Shown: in pieces, positions 17,758 through 26,515 of the stretch
Numbering within the stretch: position 1 is the stretch's first letter
How the letters are laid out: each line of letters begins with the position of its first letter
NCBI GenBank assembly: GCA_964393015.1
Contig: CAYMSD010000007.1
Span: 1-62,804, forward strand
DNA from: an uncultured Klebsiella sp.
GTDB taxonomy: Bacteria > Planctomycetota > Phycisphaerae > Phycisphaerales > SM1A02
DNA length: 62,804 nucleotides
Direction: 5' to 3'
Notes under the pieces: model-generated
The model's database searches: none
Seen by the model: only the letters and a program-made list of their open reading frames with translations
Told to the model about the DNA's origin: nothing
Position numbers and translations under genes: made by a program

Positions 17758-18789
17758 ATGCCGTTCCTCGAGCAGTTCCTCGCCATCGCCCGCAACACCT
17801 TCCTCGAGTCGATCCGCCAGCCGATCGTGCTCGTGGTCGCGGCCGCCGCGACGCTCATGATCGTGATGTGCAACCCGTTCAGCGCGTGGACCATGCGCGA
17901 CGACCAGCGCATGTTCATCGACCTCGGGCTCGCGACCGTCTTCCTCGCGACCGCCGTGCTCGCCGCCTTCATCTCGACCAATGTCCTGGCGCGCGAGATC
18001 GAGAACCGAACCGTGCTGACCGTTGTCTCGAAGCCCGTGTCGCGCCCCGTCTTCATCGTGGGCAAGTACGCGGGCGTGTCGCTCGCCATGCTGCTCGCGC
18101 TCGTGGCGCTCGGGCTCGTCTACATGCTCGTCGAGATGCACGGCACGCTGCAGACCGCGCGGGACCCCCTGCACATGCCCGTCATCCTCTTCGGCGGCGG
18201 CGCGCTCGTGGCGGCCGTGCTCGCGGGCGCCTGGATGAACTACTTCTACGGCCGCAGCTTCGCGTCGTGGACCATGTCGCTGTCGGTCCCCTTCCTCGGC
18301 CTCGCCTATCTCCTCGCGCTCTTCTTCGACGCGGAGTGGAACTCGGTGCCGCTCTCGAGGCAGTTCGAGGGCGAGATGTGGAAGGCGCTCCTCCTGATGG
18401 GCCTCGCGACGCTCGTCCTGAACGCCGTGGCGATCGCGGCCAGCACCCGCCTCGGGCAGGTGCTCACGCTCACCGTCGTCGTCGGCGTCTTCTTCCTCGG
18501 GCTCCTGTCGGACTGGATGCTCGGCTCGCGCCTCGCGGAGGCCGCCAGGGAAGGCGCCGTGATGAACGAGTCGCTCCTCGCGGCGGACGGACCGATCGCG
18601 CACGCCTTCTTCTCGGTCTGCCGCGCCGCGCTGCCCAACTTCCAGGTGTTCTGGCTCTCCGACGCGCTCACCCAGAAGAAGTCGATCCCGTTCGAGTACA
18701 TCGCGTACGCGGTGCCCTACTCGCTCGCGCTCGTGGCGGCGCTGCTGGCGCTCGCGACGATCCTCTTCCAGCGCCGAGAGGTCGGCTGA
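17758..18789 (+). CDS. ABC-2 (NosY-like) permease paralog, divergent from the SPFH-ABC operon
   Basis: Uses the internal ATG at 17758. The motif REIENRTVLTVVSKPVSRPVFIVGKYAG matches the one in the 9187..11241 permease. There are about 6 TM helices. Confidence 0.8.
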   Translation: MPFLEQFLAIARNTFLESIRQPIVLVVAAAATLMIVMCNPFSAWTMRDDQRMFIDLGLATVFLATAVLAAFISTNVLAREIENRTVLTVVSKPVSRPVFIVGKYAGVSLAMLLALVALGLVYMLVEMHGTLQTARDPLHMPVILFGGGALVAAVLAGAWMNYFYGRSFASWTMSLSVPFLGLAYLLALFFDAEWNSVPLSRQFEGEMWKALLLMGLATLVLNAVAIAASTRLGQVLTLTVVVGVFFLGLLSDWMLGSRLAEAAREGAVMNESLLAADGPIAHAFFSVCRAALPNFQVFWLSDALTQKKSIPFEYIAYAVPYSLALVAALLALATILFQRREVG

Positions 18790-18804
18790 CCGCTCACCGC
18801 ACGG

Positions 18805-19470
18805 TCAGGCGACGGGCGCGTTCGTCTTCCACGACTCGATGTCCGCGCGCACATGCCCGCGCGTCAGGACGAAGAGCATGGCGATCGGCCAGAGCGAGAA
18901 GGCCAGCGTGAAGACGACCAGCATGCGGATCGCGCTGGTCTCGGCGGCGTCGCGGTCGAGGATCGGGGGAACGGCGGCCGCGGGAATGTCGGAGCGCGCC
19001 TGCATCTGCTCGCGCATCACCGCGTTCGCCTCGATCTGCCAGTCGATGTTCGGAGCGAGCGTCACGACTCCGATGCCGAGCCCCACGACGACCATGACGA
19101 GGCGCGCGGCGGCCCAGATCCCGACGAGCTTGGCGCCGAGGGCCTTCCGCTGCGTGAGAAGGAGCGAACCGACGAGCAGCAGCACGCCGAGGAGGAAGAG
19201 GACGAGCGCCTGTGCGAAGCCCGCCCACTTCACCGCGTCGGGCATGGGAGGGAGCTCCATCCCGCTCAGCTGCATCATCTGCCCCGAGAACAGCGACCCG
19301 ACGGCGCCGAAGCCCTGCAGGCACATGCCGAAGAGTCCGTACACCGCCGAAAGCACGCCGAAGATCATGGGCCAGCGAGACTGCCGCGCGGCGCGGTCGT
19401 CCGGGTAGGCCGCGAACGGATCCGCCGCGGGGGAAGGCGACTGCGCAAAGGACGGGTCGTGCTCGTTCAT
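18805..19470 (-). CDS. Hypothetical integral membrane protein
   Basis: Four or five hydrophobic helices. I prefer the ATG at 19470 (MNEHD) over the TTG at 19518. Confidence 0.6.
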   Translation of the reverse strand: MNEHDPSFAQSPSPAADPFAAYPDDRAARQSRWPMIFGVLSAVYGLFGMCLQGFGAVGSLFSGQMMQLSGMELPPMPDAVKWAGFAQALVLFLLGVLLLVGSLLLTQRKALGAKLVGIWAAARLVMVVVGLGIGVVTLAPNIDWQIEANAVMREQMQARSDIPAAAVPPILDRDAAETSAIRMLVVFTLAFSLWPIAMLFVLTRGHVRADIESWKTNAPVA

Positions 19471-19584
19471 GGCGGCATCATGCACATGGCGCGCGAAAAA
19501 GGAAAGCCTCGACGACAAGGCCGCCCCCTCGCGGGGGCGGCCTGTGCTCTGTTCGGGGGCGATCCGTGCGCCGGCGCCGCGCGC

Positions 19585-20904
19585 TCAGCGCGTCGCCTTC
19601 CGCATGCGGGCCACATCGCGCTTGAGGCGCTCGAGCTCCTCCTCGAGGACCTTCTTGTCCGGCGGCAGGTTCGGAGCCTCGTAGACCATCACCGGGTAGC
19701 AGCGGTCGTACCACTTCAGGATCTCGGTGATCGCGCGGATCTGGTTGCCCATGCGCACGATCGGGTCGGTTCCCGCCGGGTTCTGGTAGTCGTTCATCAG
19801 GAGGGGCTTCGCGGCCATCGCCTCCTTGATCGTGCGCTGCCACTTGGCGTGCAGGCGGCGCCCCTCGTCGCTCGCCTCGCGCCACTCCTTCAGCTGCAGC
19901 AGCTTGGCGAGGTCCTCGACCGTGTCGGCCGTCCCGTCGGAGAACTTCGAGTGCTCCGCGTTCTCCGCGTTCAGCGTCAGGTTCTCGTTCGCGTCGGAAA
20001 GCTTGTACTTGCCCTCCATGGTCGAGTACCAGGTGATGTTGCCGTTCTCGTCGCGGTCATAGCTGCACTCGATCGGGTTGGTCACCATCGCCTGCCCGAC
20101 GACGGGCGGACGGCCGCCCATGCGGCAGACCTCGCCGACCTTCTCGAGCCACGCGGCCAGCTCCGCGCCCTGGATCGACTGGGTGCCCGCGAACATGGTG
20201 ATCGCGCCGAGGGCGCCGACCCGCATGAAGTAGATCTCGTCGCAGTGGAGCGCGGTGAACGCGCCCGCGGAGATCGCCTTCTTGATCCACGCCACCACGC
20301 GGTGACGCTTCTTGAGCTCCTTGATGGTCTCGTGGATCTTGTCGCCTTCGATCACGAGGCCGCCGGGCGAATCGATGAGGAGCACGATGATCTGGCCCGG
20401 GCCGTACTTGTCGGCGTACTTGCCGATCTCCTCGATCTCGTCGTGGCGCGCGCCGATGCCGACGGTGCCCTCCCAGGGGAGGACGATGATGTTCGGGATC
20501 TTCTTGGCCTCGGCCGTGGTCTCGCCCGCGCCCGCGGCCGCGGAGGAACCCGTCGTCGCGCCGGCACCGGGGGCGGTCGCGGCGCCCGCTGCGGTCTGGC
20601 CGTCGATCGTCTCGAGCTTCTTGAGGTCGAAGTTCACGATCGTGCGACGCACCGCGCGGCCGTTCTCGTCGATCTCGATGACGATCAGGGACTTGTCGAT
20701 GCGGACGACGGTGCCCTCGATGGTGACCTCGCGGCTGCCCTGCGTGTAGGTCGCGCGGACCTTCGCGCCGACGTCGCCGCGCCAGACGGAGCCGTTGGGA
20801 AGCTTCACATCTGCTGCGAAGGCTGGAAGAGCGGTGCCGAACGCGAGCGCGAGCGCGAGGGTCGCGCCTGCCACGGTCCGAAGAAGCGATCGTGTCTTGG
20901 TCAT
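19585..20904 (-). CDS. Secreted ClpP/NfeD/SppA-class serine peptidase-like protein
   Basis: Signal peptide MTKTRSLLRTVAGATLALALAFGTALPAFA. VLLIDSPGGLV (an xxPGG oxyanion-type motif) and KKAISAGAFTAL (candidate nucleophile Ser) resemble the NfeD N-terminal protease domain. The C-terminus is a coiled coil. Confidence 0.7.
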   Translation of the reverse strand: MTKTRSLLRTVAGATLALALAFGTALPAFAADVKLPNGSVWRGDVGAKVRATYTQGSREVTIEGTVVRIDKSLIVIEIDENGRAVRRTIVNFDLKKLETIDGQTAAGAATAPGAGATTGSSAAAGAGETTAEAKKIPNIIVLPWEGTVGIGARHDEIEEIGKYADKYGPGQIIVLLIDSPGGLVIEGDKIHETIKELKKRHRVVAWIKKAISAGAFTALHCDEIYFMRVGALGAITMFAGTQSIQGAELAAWLEKVGEVCRMGGRPPVVGQAMVTNPIECSYDRDENGNITWYSTMEGKYKLSDANENLTLNAENAEHSKFSDGTADTVEDLAKLLQLKEWREASDEGRRLHAKWQRTIKEAMAAKPLLMNDYQNPAGTDPIVRMGNQIRAITEILKWYDRCYPVMVYEAPNLPPDKKVLEEELERLKRDVARMRKATR

Positions 20905-21066
20905 GGTTCGAACTCCGTCTCGGTCATCTGTCGCTGCCGGTCGCCGCATGGGCCTCCGACCGGTTGTCCTTCGCATTCGATCTCTCAGGCGCCCCGCCAC
21001 GGGAACGGGGTCGCCTCAGACGCAGCCCGCGCCGCGGGGCTTCCACCTCGCCGCGCGACACGCCGT

Positions 21067-22290
21067 TCAGGTGCCGCGGCGCCCGCCCATGCCGCCGCCG
21101 CCGAGGCCCGGGCGGCCCGAGCCGCCGCCGCCGCCGCCGTTGTTGCGGTTGCCGCGCTCGGCCTCGCGGATGCGCTGGATGTCCTTCTTGATGTTGTCGA
21201 TCTCGATCTCGATCGCGGTCTGGTTGATGCCGCGGCGGCCGAGGCGCGCCTCGAGCGCGGGGTACTGCTTCAGCGCGGAGAGCATCTTCTCGAGGATGGC
21301 GCGGCGCTTGCCGAGGCCGACGGTGCCAGGGTCGTCGATCTGCTCGAGGTCGGTCAGCCACTCCTGCACGCGCTCGAGGGCCTTGCGCCAGTCGTTCACA
21401 TACTGCTCGGCGAGCTTCGGGCCCGACTCGACCTGCGTGAACTCACGGTAGCCGAGGAGGAACATGAGGTCGTCGAGCGTGTCGGCGGTGCCGTCCGAGA
21501 GGAGCACGTCCTCCGCGAGGGTCGCGTCGAAGTTCGCGGTCGCGTCGCCGCTGCCGTCGACGATCCACACGCCCGTCGTGTTCTCGAGCCACTCGACCTC
21601 GCGGCCCTTGAAGCGCACGGAGAGCTGCTTGTCGGGGAACATCATGGCGTCGCCGAGGACGAGGTTGTAGCCGCCCTGCTGCAGGATGCCCTTGCCGATG
21701 CCCGTCCACGCGGTCTCCATCTTGCTCTTGACATCGGGGTCTTCCCAGCCCTGCGCCATGCTGGCCACGCGGGAGAGGCCCCAGAGACGCGCGTCGCTCT
21801 TCATGTAGAGGTCGGGCCAGCCGAGCGCGACGAGCGAGGCGAAGCCGACGGAGTCCTCGACCCACATGATCTGCGGGATGTCGCGGAGATCCTCGTGGAG
21901 CCGCTTCACCATGTCGCGGTACTCCTCGATCGCAGGCATGCCGAACTCCTCGCGGTCGTCGTTGCGGAGGTAGTTGTTGCGGTCGATGTCGGCGCTCTTC
22001 AGCTGGTAGACGATGATGTCCGGCTTCTGCTTCTCGATGTCCTTCACCATGATGTCGACGAGCTGCTTCGAGACATCGGTGCCCATCTGGCCCGTCATCG
22101 GGAAGACATAGACCTTGGGCGAGGCGAGCGTCGAGGGGAGCTTCGCGTTCTGCGGCGCCGAAGCGGCGGACGCGGCGAGGGCGCTCGGCGCAGTCATCAC
22201 GCCCGTGACGACCGTCGCCAGGCCTGCAAGGACCCCGACCTGAACCGCGCGCGTGAGACCGACCGTGATCGAGTGGCGAGCGTGACGCAT
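21067..22290 (-). CDS. Secreted paralog of the 19585..20904 protein that lacks the DSPGG motif and has a Gly-rich C-terminal tail
   Basis: It has a signal peptide and shares the segment SDGTADT[LV][DE]DL and the overall layout with its neighbour. DSPGG is replaced by LKSADIDRNNY. The tail is GNRNNGGGGGGSGRPGLGGGGMGGRRGT. Confidence 0.65.
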   Translation of the reverse strand: MRHARHSITVGLTRAVQVGVLAGLATVVTGVMTAPSALAASAASAPQNAKLPSTLASPKVYVFPMTGQMGTDVSKQLVDIMVKDIEKQKPDIIVYQLKSADIDRNNYLRNDDREEFGMPAIEEYRDMVKRLHEDLRDIPQIMWVEDSVGFASLVALGWPDLYMKSDARLWGLSRVASMAQGWEDPDVKSKMETAWTGIGKGILQQGGYNLVLGDAMMFPDKQLSVRFKGREVEWLENTTGVWIVDGSGDATANFDATLAEDVLLSDGTADTLDDLMFLLGYREFTQVESGPKLAEQYVNDWRKALERVQEWLTDLEQIDDPGTVGLGKRRAILEKMLSALKQYPALEARLGRRGINQTAIEIEIDNIKKDIQRIREAERGNRNNGGGGGGSGRPGLGGGGMGGRRGT

Positions 22291-22527
22291 GGGAAGCACC
22301 TCTGAGTGGGACCGCGTGTCCGAGGAAACGAAGGAAGAGCGTGGATGGGGACCGTGTGCGGGGACCGCCGTCGGTCCGCCGCCGGCATGGATACGAAACG
22401 ACCGCGTGGCGCGGGGCATTGCCCCGCGTGCACGCGAGGTTCACATCTTACGCGCCACAGGCCGTCGGTTGCGCCTCCCGCGGGCCCTGTTCGCGAGAAA
22501 CGGACCAAGAAACCACGCGCCCGCCAC

Positions 22528-23850
22528 TCACGCCCCGTCCATCGGCGGACCTCGGTCTGCCGCCGCGGCGGCGACCAGCCGCAGCGCGTCCTCCGCGGAA
22601 CGGACCCGTCCCTCGAGCTGCGCATCCATGGCGAGATCAAGCCACCGCTTGAAGGCGGGGCCAGGCCGATAGCCTGCCTTCACGAGCGCATCTCCGTCGA
22701 CGAACGGCGCTGGGAGCGCGCGCGACGGAAGTTCGCGGTCTGCGTCGGCCCCGAGCTCGGCCCCGAGGCGCGGATCTTCGGCGGCCACGAGCGCCAGCCC
22801 TGCATCGAACCCTGCGCGGGCGATGAGTCGGGCGCGGGCCGCGATCGGCCACGCCCGGAAAGGCCCGAGCAGGGCGTCCCGGCACTGGAGTGCGGACGCG
22901 AGGGCGTCGGCCTCGTGGTTCGAGAGGACCAGGCGCCTGCGGACGGCGCGCTGCATCTCGGCGGATGCGGCGGCCGTAGGAACGGACGCGCCCCCGCCGA
23001 CATCCGTCGCCATCCGGTCGAGCCACCATGCCGCGAGGACGGTCGTCCAGCCACCCGCGGGCAGCGGCGCACCTCTCGCGGACAGCTCGGCGACCCGGCG
23101 GCGCGGCGCGGCCGTCGCCCGCTCGCCGAACACCGCCCCGTCGAGGCCGAGCGACTCGATCAGCGCCACCGCCCGGCCGCGCGCCTGGTGCGACAGCATG
23201 CGCCGCAGTTCGTCGCCCACGCGCTCGGGGCTCACCGACGCGAGCTCGTCCGCGTGGGCGCGGATCGCCTCGGCCGTGCGCGCGTCGAGCTCGAAGCCGA
23301 GTCGCGCCGCGAAGCGCGGCGCGCGCAGCATGCGCAGCCTGTCCTCGCGGATCCGCTCGTGCGGGTCGCCGATCGCACGCAGCACGCGCGCGGCGATGTC
23401 GGCGCGACCGCCCACGAAGTCGACGACCTCGCCCGTGCGAGGATGCTCGAACAGCCCGTTCGCCGTGAAGTCGCGACGGAGCGCGTCCTCGCGTGCGTTC
23501 GAGTAGCGCACCTCGGACGGGCGGCGTCCGTCGTGGTAGGGCCCGTCCTCGCGGAAGGTGGCGACCTCGAAGGAGTGCCCTCCGTGGCGGACCAGCACGA
23601 CGCCGAACGCCTCGCCGACCCCGCGTGCCCGCGGGAAGACCCCGCGGATCTCGTCGGGGAGCGCCGCGGACGCGATGTCGTAGTCCTTCGGCTCGACGCC
23701 AAGGAGCCGGTCGCGCACGCATCCGCCTGCGAAGTAGGTCTCGTGGCCCGCATCGAGCAGGCGCCCTGCCACCGCGCGCGCGGCGTCGCCGAGCGGAAGA
23801 CGCTCCCGAGGGGCGTCCCCCGCCGCCTGCCCCGTGGCGTCGGCGCTCAC
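22528..23850 (-). CDS. cca: CCA-adding enzyme / poly(A) polymerase-family tRNA nucleotidyltransferase
   Basis: YFAGGCVRDRLLG, DYDIA and RDFTANG are the signature motifs. The GTG start at 23850 overlaps the plsC stop (GTGA). Confidence 0.85.
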   Translation of the reverse strand: MSADATGQAAGDAPRERLPLGDAARAVAGRLLDAGHETYFAGGCVRDRLLGVEPKDYDIASAALPDEIRGVFPRARGVGEAFGVVLVRHGGHSFEVATFREDGPYHDGRRPSEVRYSNAREDALRRDFTANGLFEHPRTGEVVDFVGGRADIAARVLRAIGDPHERIREDRLRMLRAPRFAARLGFELDARTAEAIRAHADELASVSPERVGDELRRMLSHQARGRAVALIESLGLDGAVFGERATAAPRRRVAELSARGAPLPAGGWTTVLAAWWLDRMATDVGGGASVPTAAASAEMQRAVRRRLVLSNHEADALASALQCRDALLGPFRAWPIAARARLIARAGFDAGLALVAAEDPRLGAELGADADRELPSRALPAPFVDGDALVKAGYRPGPAFKRWLDLAMDAQLEGRVRSAEDALRLVAAAAADRGPPMDGA

Positions 23851-24590
23851 GCGGGCTCCTCCGCGGATGGCCGTGCGGCAGGAGAAGCGGGCGGCTCCGT
23901 GCCGCGCCATCGCGCCAGCTCGACGCGCGCCTCGTGATGGGCGCGCGAGACGGCATCCCACATGACGGCGAGCGCGTCATCTCCGCTCATCGAGGCGAGC
24001 TCCACGCCGTCGAGCGGCTCGCCGCAGGAGCACACCACCTTGCCCGTGGGCCGTGGCAGCTTGCGGCCGCGCGGCCATGCCTCGAACGCCCCCTCGACGC
24101 CCATCGGAAGCACGGTCGGCTTCACCTTCTTCACGAGAAGCAGCACGCCGCGCTTGAACTCGAGCATGTCGCCCGTCTCCGAGCGCGTGCCCTCGGGATA
24201 GAGGATCACCACGCGGCCGGCCTCGAGTTCCGCGATCGCGGCCTTCATCGCCTCGAGGTCTCCGCCCGAGCGCTTGATCGGCCGCGCGCTCACCGAGCGC
24301 AGCACCCATCCCCACGGCCCGACGAAGAGGGTGTCGCGCGCGAGCGCCGTGAACTGCCGCTCCCACACGGTGACGCCGTTGATCATCGGGTCGAGGAACG
24401 ACTGGTGGTTCGAGATGACGAGGATCGCGCCCGTGCGCGGGATGCGCTCGCGGTGGATGCGGCGAAGTCCGTAGCAGATCTTGAGCGCGCTCCAGCAGAG
24501 GAACGCGCAGAAGTCCCACCAGGCGGTGCGCACGAACCCGCGGCCGGGCACGCGGCGGCGGAAGGCGAACGGATTCGGGAACGGGCTCAC
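23847..24590 (-). CDS. plsC: 1-acyl-sn-glycerol-3-phosphate acyltransferase
   Basis: NHQSFLDP (HX4D) and YPEGTRS motifs are present. The GTG start overlaps the cmk stop. Confidence 0.9.
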   Translation of the reverse strand: MSPFPNPFAFRRRVPGRGFVRTAWWDFCAFLCWSALKICYGLRRIHRERIPRTGAILVISNHQSFLDPMINGVTVWERQFTALARDTLFVGPWGWVLRSVSARPIKRSGGDLEAMKAAIAELEAGRVVILYPEGTRSETGDMLEFKRGVLLLVKKVKPTVLPMGVEGAFEAWPRGRKLPRPTGKVVCSCGEPLDGVELASMSGDDALAVMWDAVSRAHHEARVELARWRGTEPPASPAARPSAEEPA

Positions 24591-25345
24591 AGCGCGGCGG
24601 CCCCGCCATCGGCGCCGCGCGCGCCGCGCGCCATCGTCGACGCGGCGAGCGCATCGCCCGCCCGGGCGCGCACGAGCTCCGCCAGCCTGTCGATCACGGC
24701 CCCGACCTCGAGGTCGCTCGTGTCGACGACATCCGCGCCGCGCGGGCAGACGAGCGGCCCGTCACGCCGCGTCGAGTCGATGCGGTCGCGCTCCGTGATC
24801 TGCGCGAGCACCTCCGCCTCGTTCGTGGCGATGCCCTTGAGGGCCAGCTGCTCCACGCGACGGCGCGCGCGCACCTCGGGGCGGGCGTCGAGGTAGATCC
24901 GCACATCGGCGTCGGGGAAGACGACGGAACCCTGGTCGCGCCCCTCGGTCACGAGCCTGGGATGGCGCGACGCGATCGCGCGCTGCGCGCGGACCATCTC
25001 CGTGCGCACGGTCGGGTTCGAGGCGACGAGCGAGACCGCGCGCGTCACCTCGGGCGTGCGGATCCGCTCGCCCACGGGGCGGCCGTCCGCGAAGAGCTCG
25101 GGCGGGTCGCTCGTCCAGTCGAAGGCGAGGTCGAGCTCGCGCACGAGAAGCGCGACGCGCTCGCCGTCGGCGGGATCGATTCCCCGCTCGAGCGCGGCGA
25201 GCGCCGCGGCGCGGTACATCGCGCCCGTGTCGAGGAACTCAAGCCCGAGCCGCTTCGCGAGCCAATGCGCGACGGTCGACTTGCCCGTCCCCGCCGGGCC
25301 ATCGATCGTGACGATGAATCGCAGCGAGGCGGGCACGGCGAGCAC
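24587..25345 (-). CDS. cmk: Cytidylate kinase
   Basis: IVTIDGPAGTGKSTVAHWLAKRLGLEFLDTGAMYRA is present. The GTG start abuts the upstream stop. Confidence 0.9.
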   Translation of the reverse strand: MLAVPASLRFIVTIDGPAGTGKSTVAHWLAKRLGLEFLDTGAMYRAAALAALERGIDPADGERVALLVRELDLAFDWTSDPPELFADGRPVGERIRTPEVTRAVSLVASNPTVRTEMVRAQRAIASRHPRLVTEGRDQGSVVFPDADVRIYLDARPEVRARRRVEQLALKGIATNEAEVLAQITERDRIDSTRRDGPLVCPRGADVVDTSDLEVGAVIDRLAELVRARAGDALAASTMARGARGADGGAAAL

Positions 25346-26224
25346 TCATTCCTCCTCGTCCTCGAGGGCCATCTCGGCCTCGACGGTGGCGAGCTCGAGC
25401 AGACGCCGCGCGCGATCGATGTCGGCCACGATGTCCTCCGCCGTGACCTTGCGCGCGGTCTTGCGGGCGCCTGCGGCGGGCGCAGGCGCGGCCGCTGCGA
25501 CAAGATCGAGCGCGAGCGTGTTGCCGTAGCCGACGCTGCGGACGCTGTCGACGCACGCCTCGAGGCTGTAGTCGAGGTGCGAACCGTCCTTGGCGAAGCC
25601 ACGGACGCTCGCGGCGATCGCCGGCGCATACGGCGCGAGCTTCCGCAGCGTGTTCTCGAGGTCGCCCGACTCGAACGCATGCTCGAAGCTCGGGTAGCTT
25701 CCGATGCGGAAGCCGCCGACCTTCTTGATGAGCTCCGTCAGTCGCTGCGCCACGAAGGTGATTCCCGCGGACGGGGCCAGCAGGAGATTGAGGTCGTAGC
25801 GCTCGATCTCCTTCACGGCGGACTTCACGCCCGCGGCGGTCGCCTCGAAGCGCTCCTCGGTGTCCTCGCCGCGCGCCCGCACCGCGATCGCGGGGCAGCC
25901 GAGGCGGTTGGCGGCCACGGCGACGCGCTTGATGCGGTCGAGCGACTTCGTCCACGCGGGGCCACGCTCCGCGAAGTCGATGGGAGCCTCTTCGCTCAGG
26001 AGGAGAACGGGGCAATGGGCGCGGTCGGCCGCATCGCGGAGGCGGTCGAGGTCCATCAGGCCGAAGCCCGCGAGAAGGTCGGTGGGAAGGTTGAGGCCGC
26101 GCAGCTGCAGGTCGGTGGCCACGAACTGCGGCACCGCGAGGATGTCGGGGCAACGCGGATCGCGCGCCGCGAGAAGCGGCCGCACGGACCCCGCTGAAAG
26201 CGTGAGGAGGATCTCTGGTTGCAC
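25346..26224 (-). CDS. Xylose-isomerase-like TIM-barrel (sugar phosphate isomerase/epimerase family) protein
   Basis: Only the C-terminal 292 aa or so of the 844-aa track ORF has coding-like composition (KRVAVAANRLGCPAIAV..., NLLLAPSAG...). The GTG start at 26224 is a guess. Confidence 0.6.
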   Translation of the reverse strand: MQPEILLTLSAGSVRPLLAARDPRCPDILAVPQFVATDLQLRGLNLPTDLLAGFGLMDLDRLRDAADRAHCPVLLLSEEAPIDFAERGPAWTKSLDRIKRVAVAANRLGCPAIAVRARGEDTEERFEATAAGVKSAVKEIERYDLNLLLAPSAGITFVAQRLTELIKKVGGFRIGSYPSFEHAFESGDLENTLRKLAPYAPAIAASVRGFAKDGSHLDYSLEACVDSVRSVGYGNTLALDLVAAAAPAPAAGARKTARKVTAEDIVADIDRARRLLELATVEAEMALEDEEE

Positions 26225-26350
26225 GGACGGTCGCAGGCGGGCGGAGGAACGAGGTGCCTGGCGCGGGGGACGACCGGCCGTCGGACGCGCACGACCTCCT
26301 GCACACGCGTCGGGACGGAGTCTATCAGGTTGCGGAGGCACGGCACGGCG

Positions 26351-26403
26351 GACGAGGACGAGGACGAGAACGAGGACGAGAAAGAGGACGAGAACGAGGA
26401 TCG
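26351..26403. repeat. Imperfect (GAN)n / GAGGAC hexamer purine-rich tract
   Basis: The sequence gacgaggacgaggacgagaacgaggacgagaaagaggacgagaacgaggatcgg was read directly. It lies in the divergent intergenic region. Confidence 0.85.
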
Positions 26404-26515
26404 GTCGAAGCGGTCCGCGGCCGCCGTTATCATCTTCGCCTCGGCGTGCCCGCGGAGCGCCCGCGACCACGCCCCTTCCCGACCCGACTCCATCCTTTCC
26501 CGCACAGAGATCAGC

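Noticed and set aside
18853-22305. A 1150-aa plus-strand ORF.
   Set aside because: It is antisense to three minus-strand genes that have signal peptides, TM helices and ClpP/NfeD motifs. The translation is Arg/Asp/His/Leu/Gly low-complexity with no recognisable domain.
26219-26515. The acidic peptide DEDEDENEDEKEDENED, as a possible N-terminal extension of GcvH (track ORF 26219-26896).
   Set aside because: GcvH homology begins at the ATG at 26516. The upstream translation is Arg/Thr-rich filler around a microsatellite.
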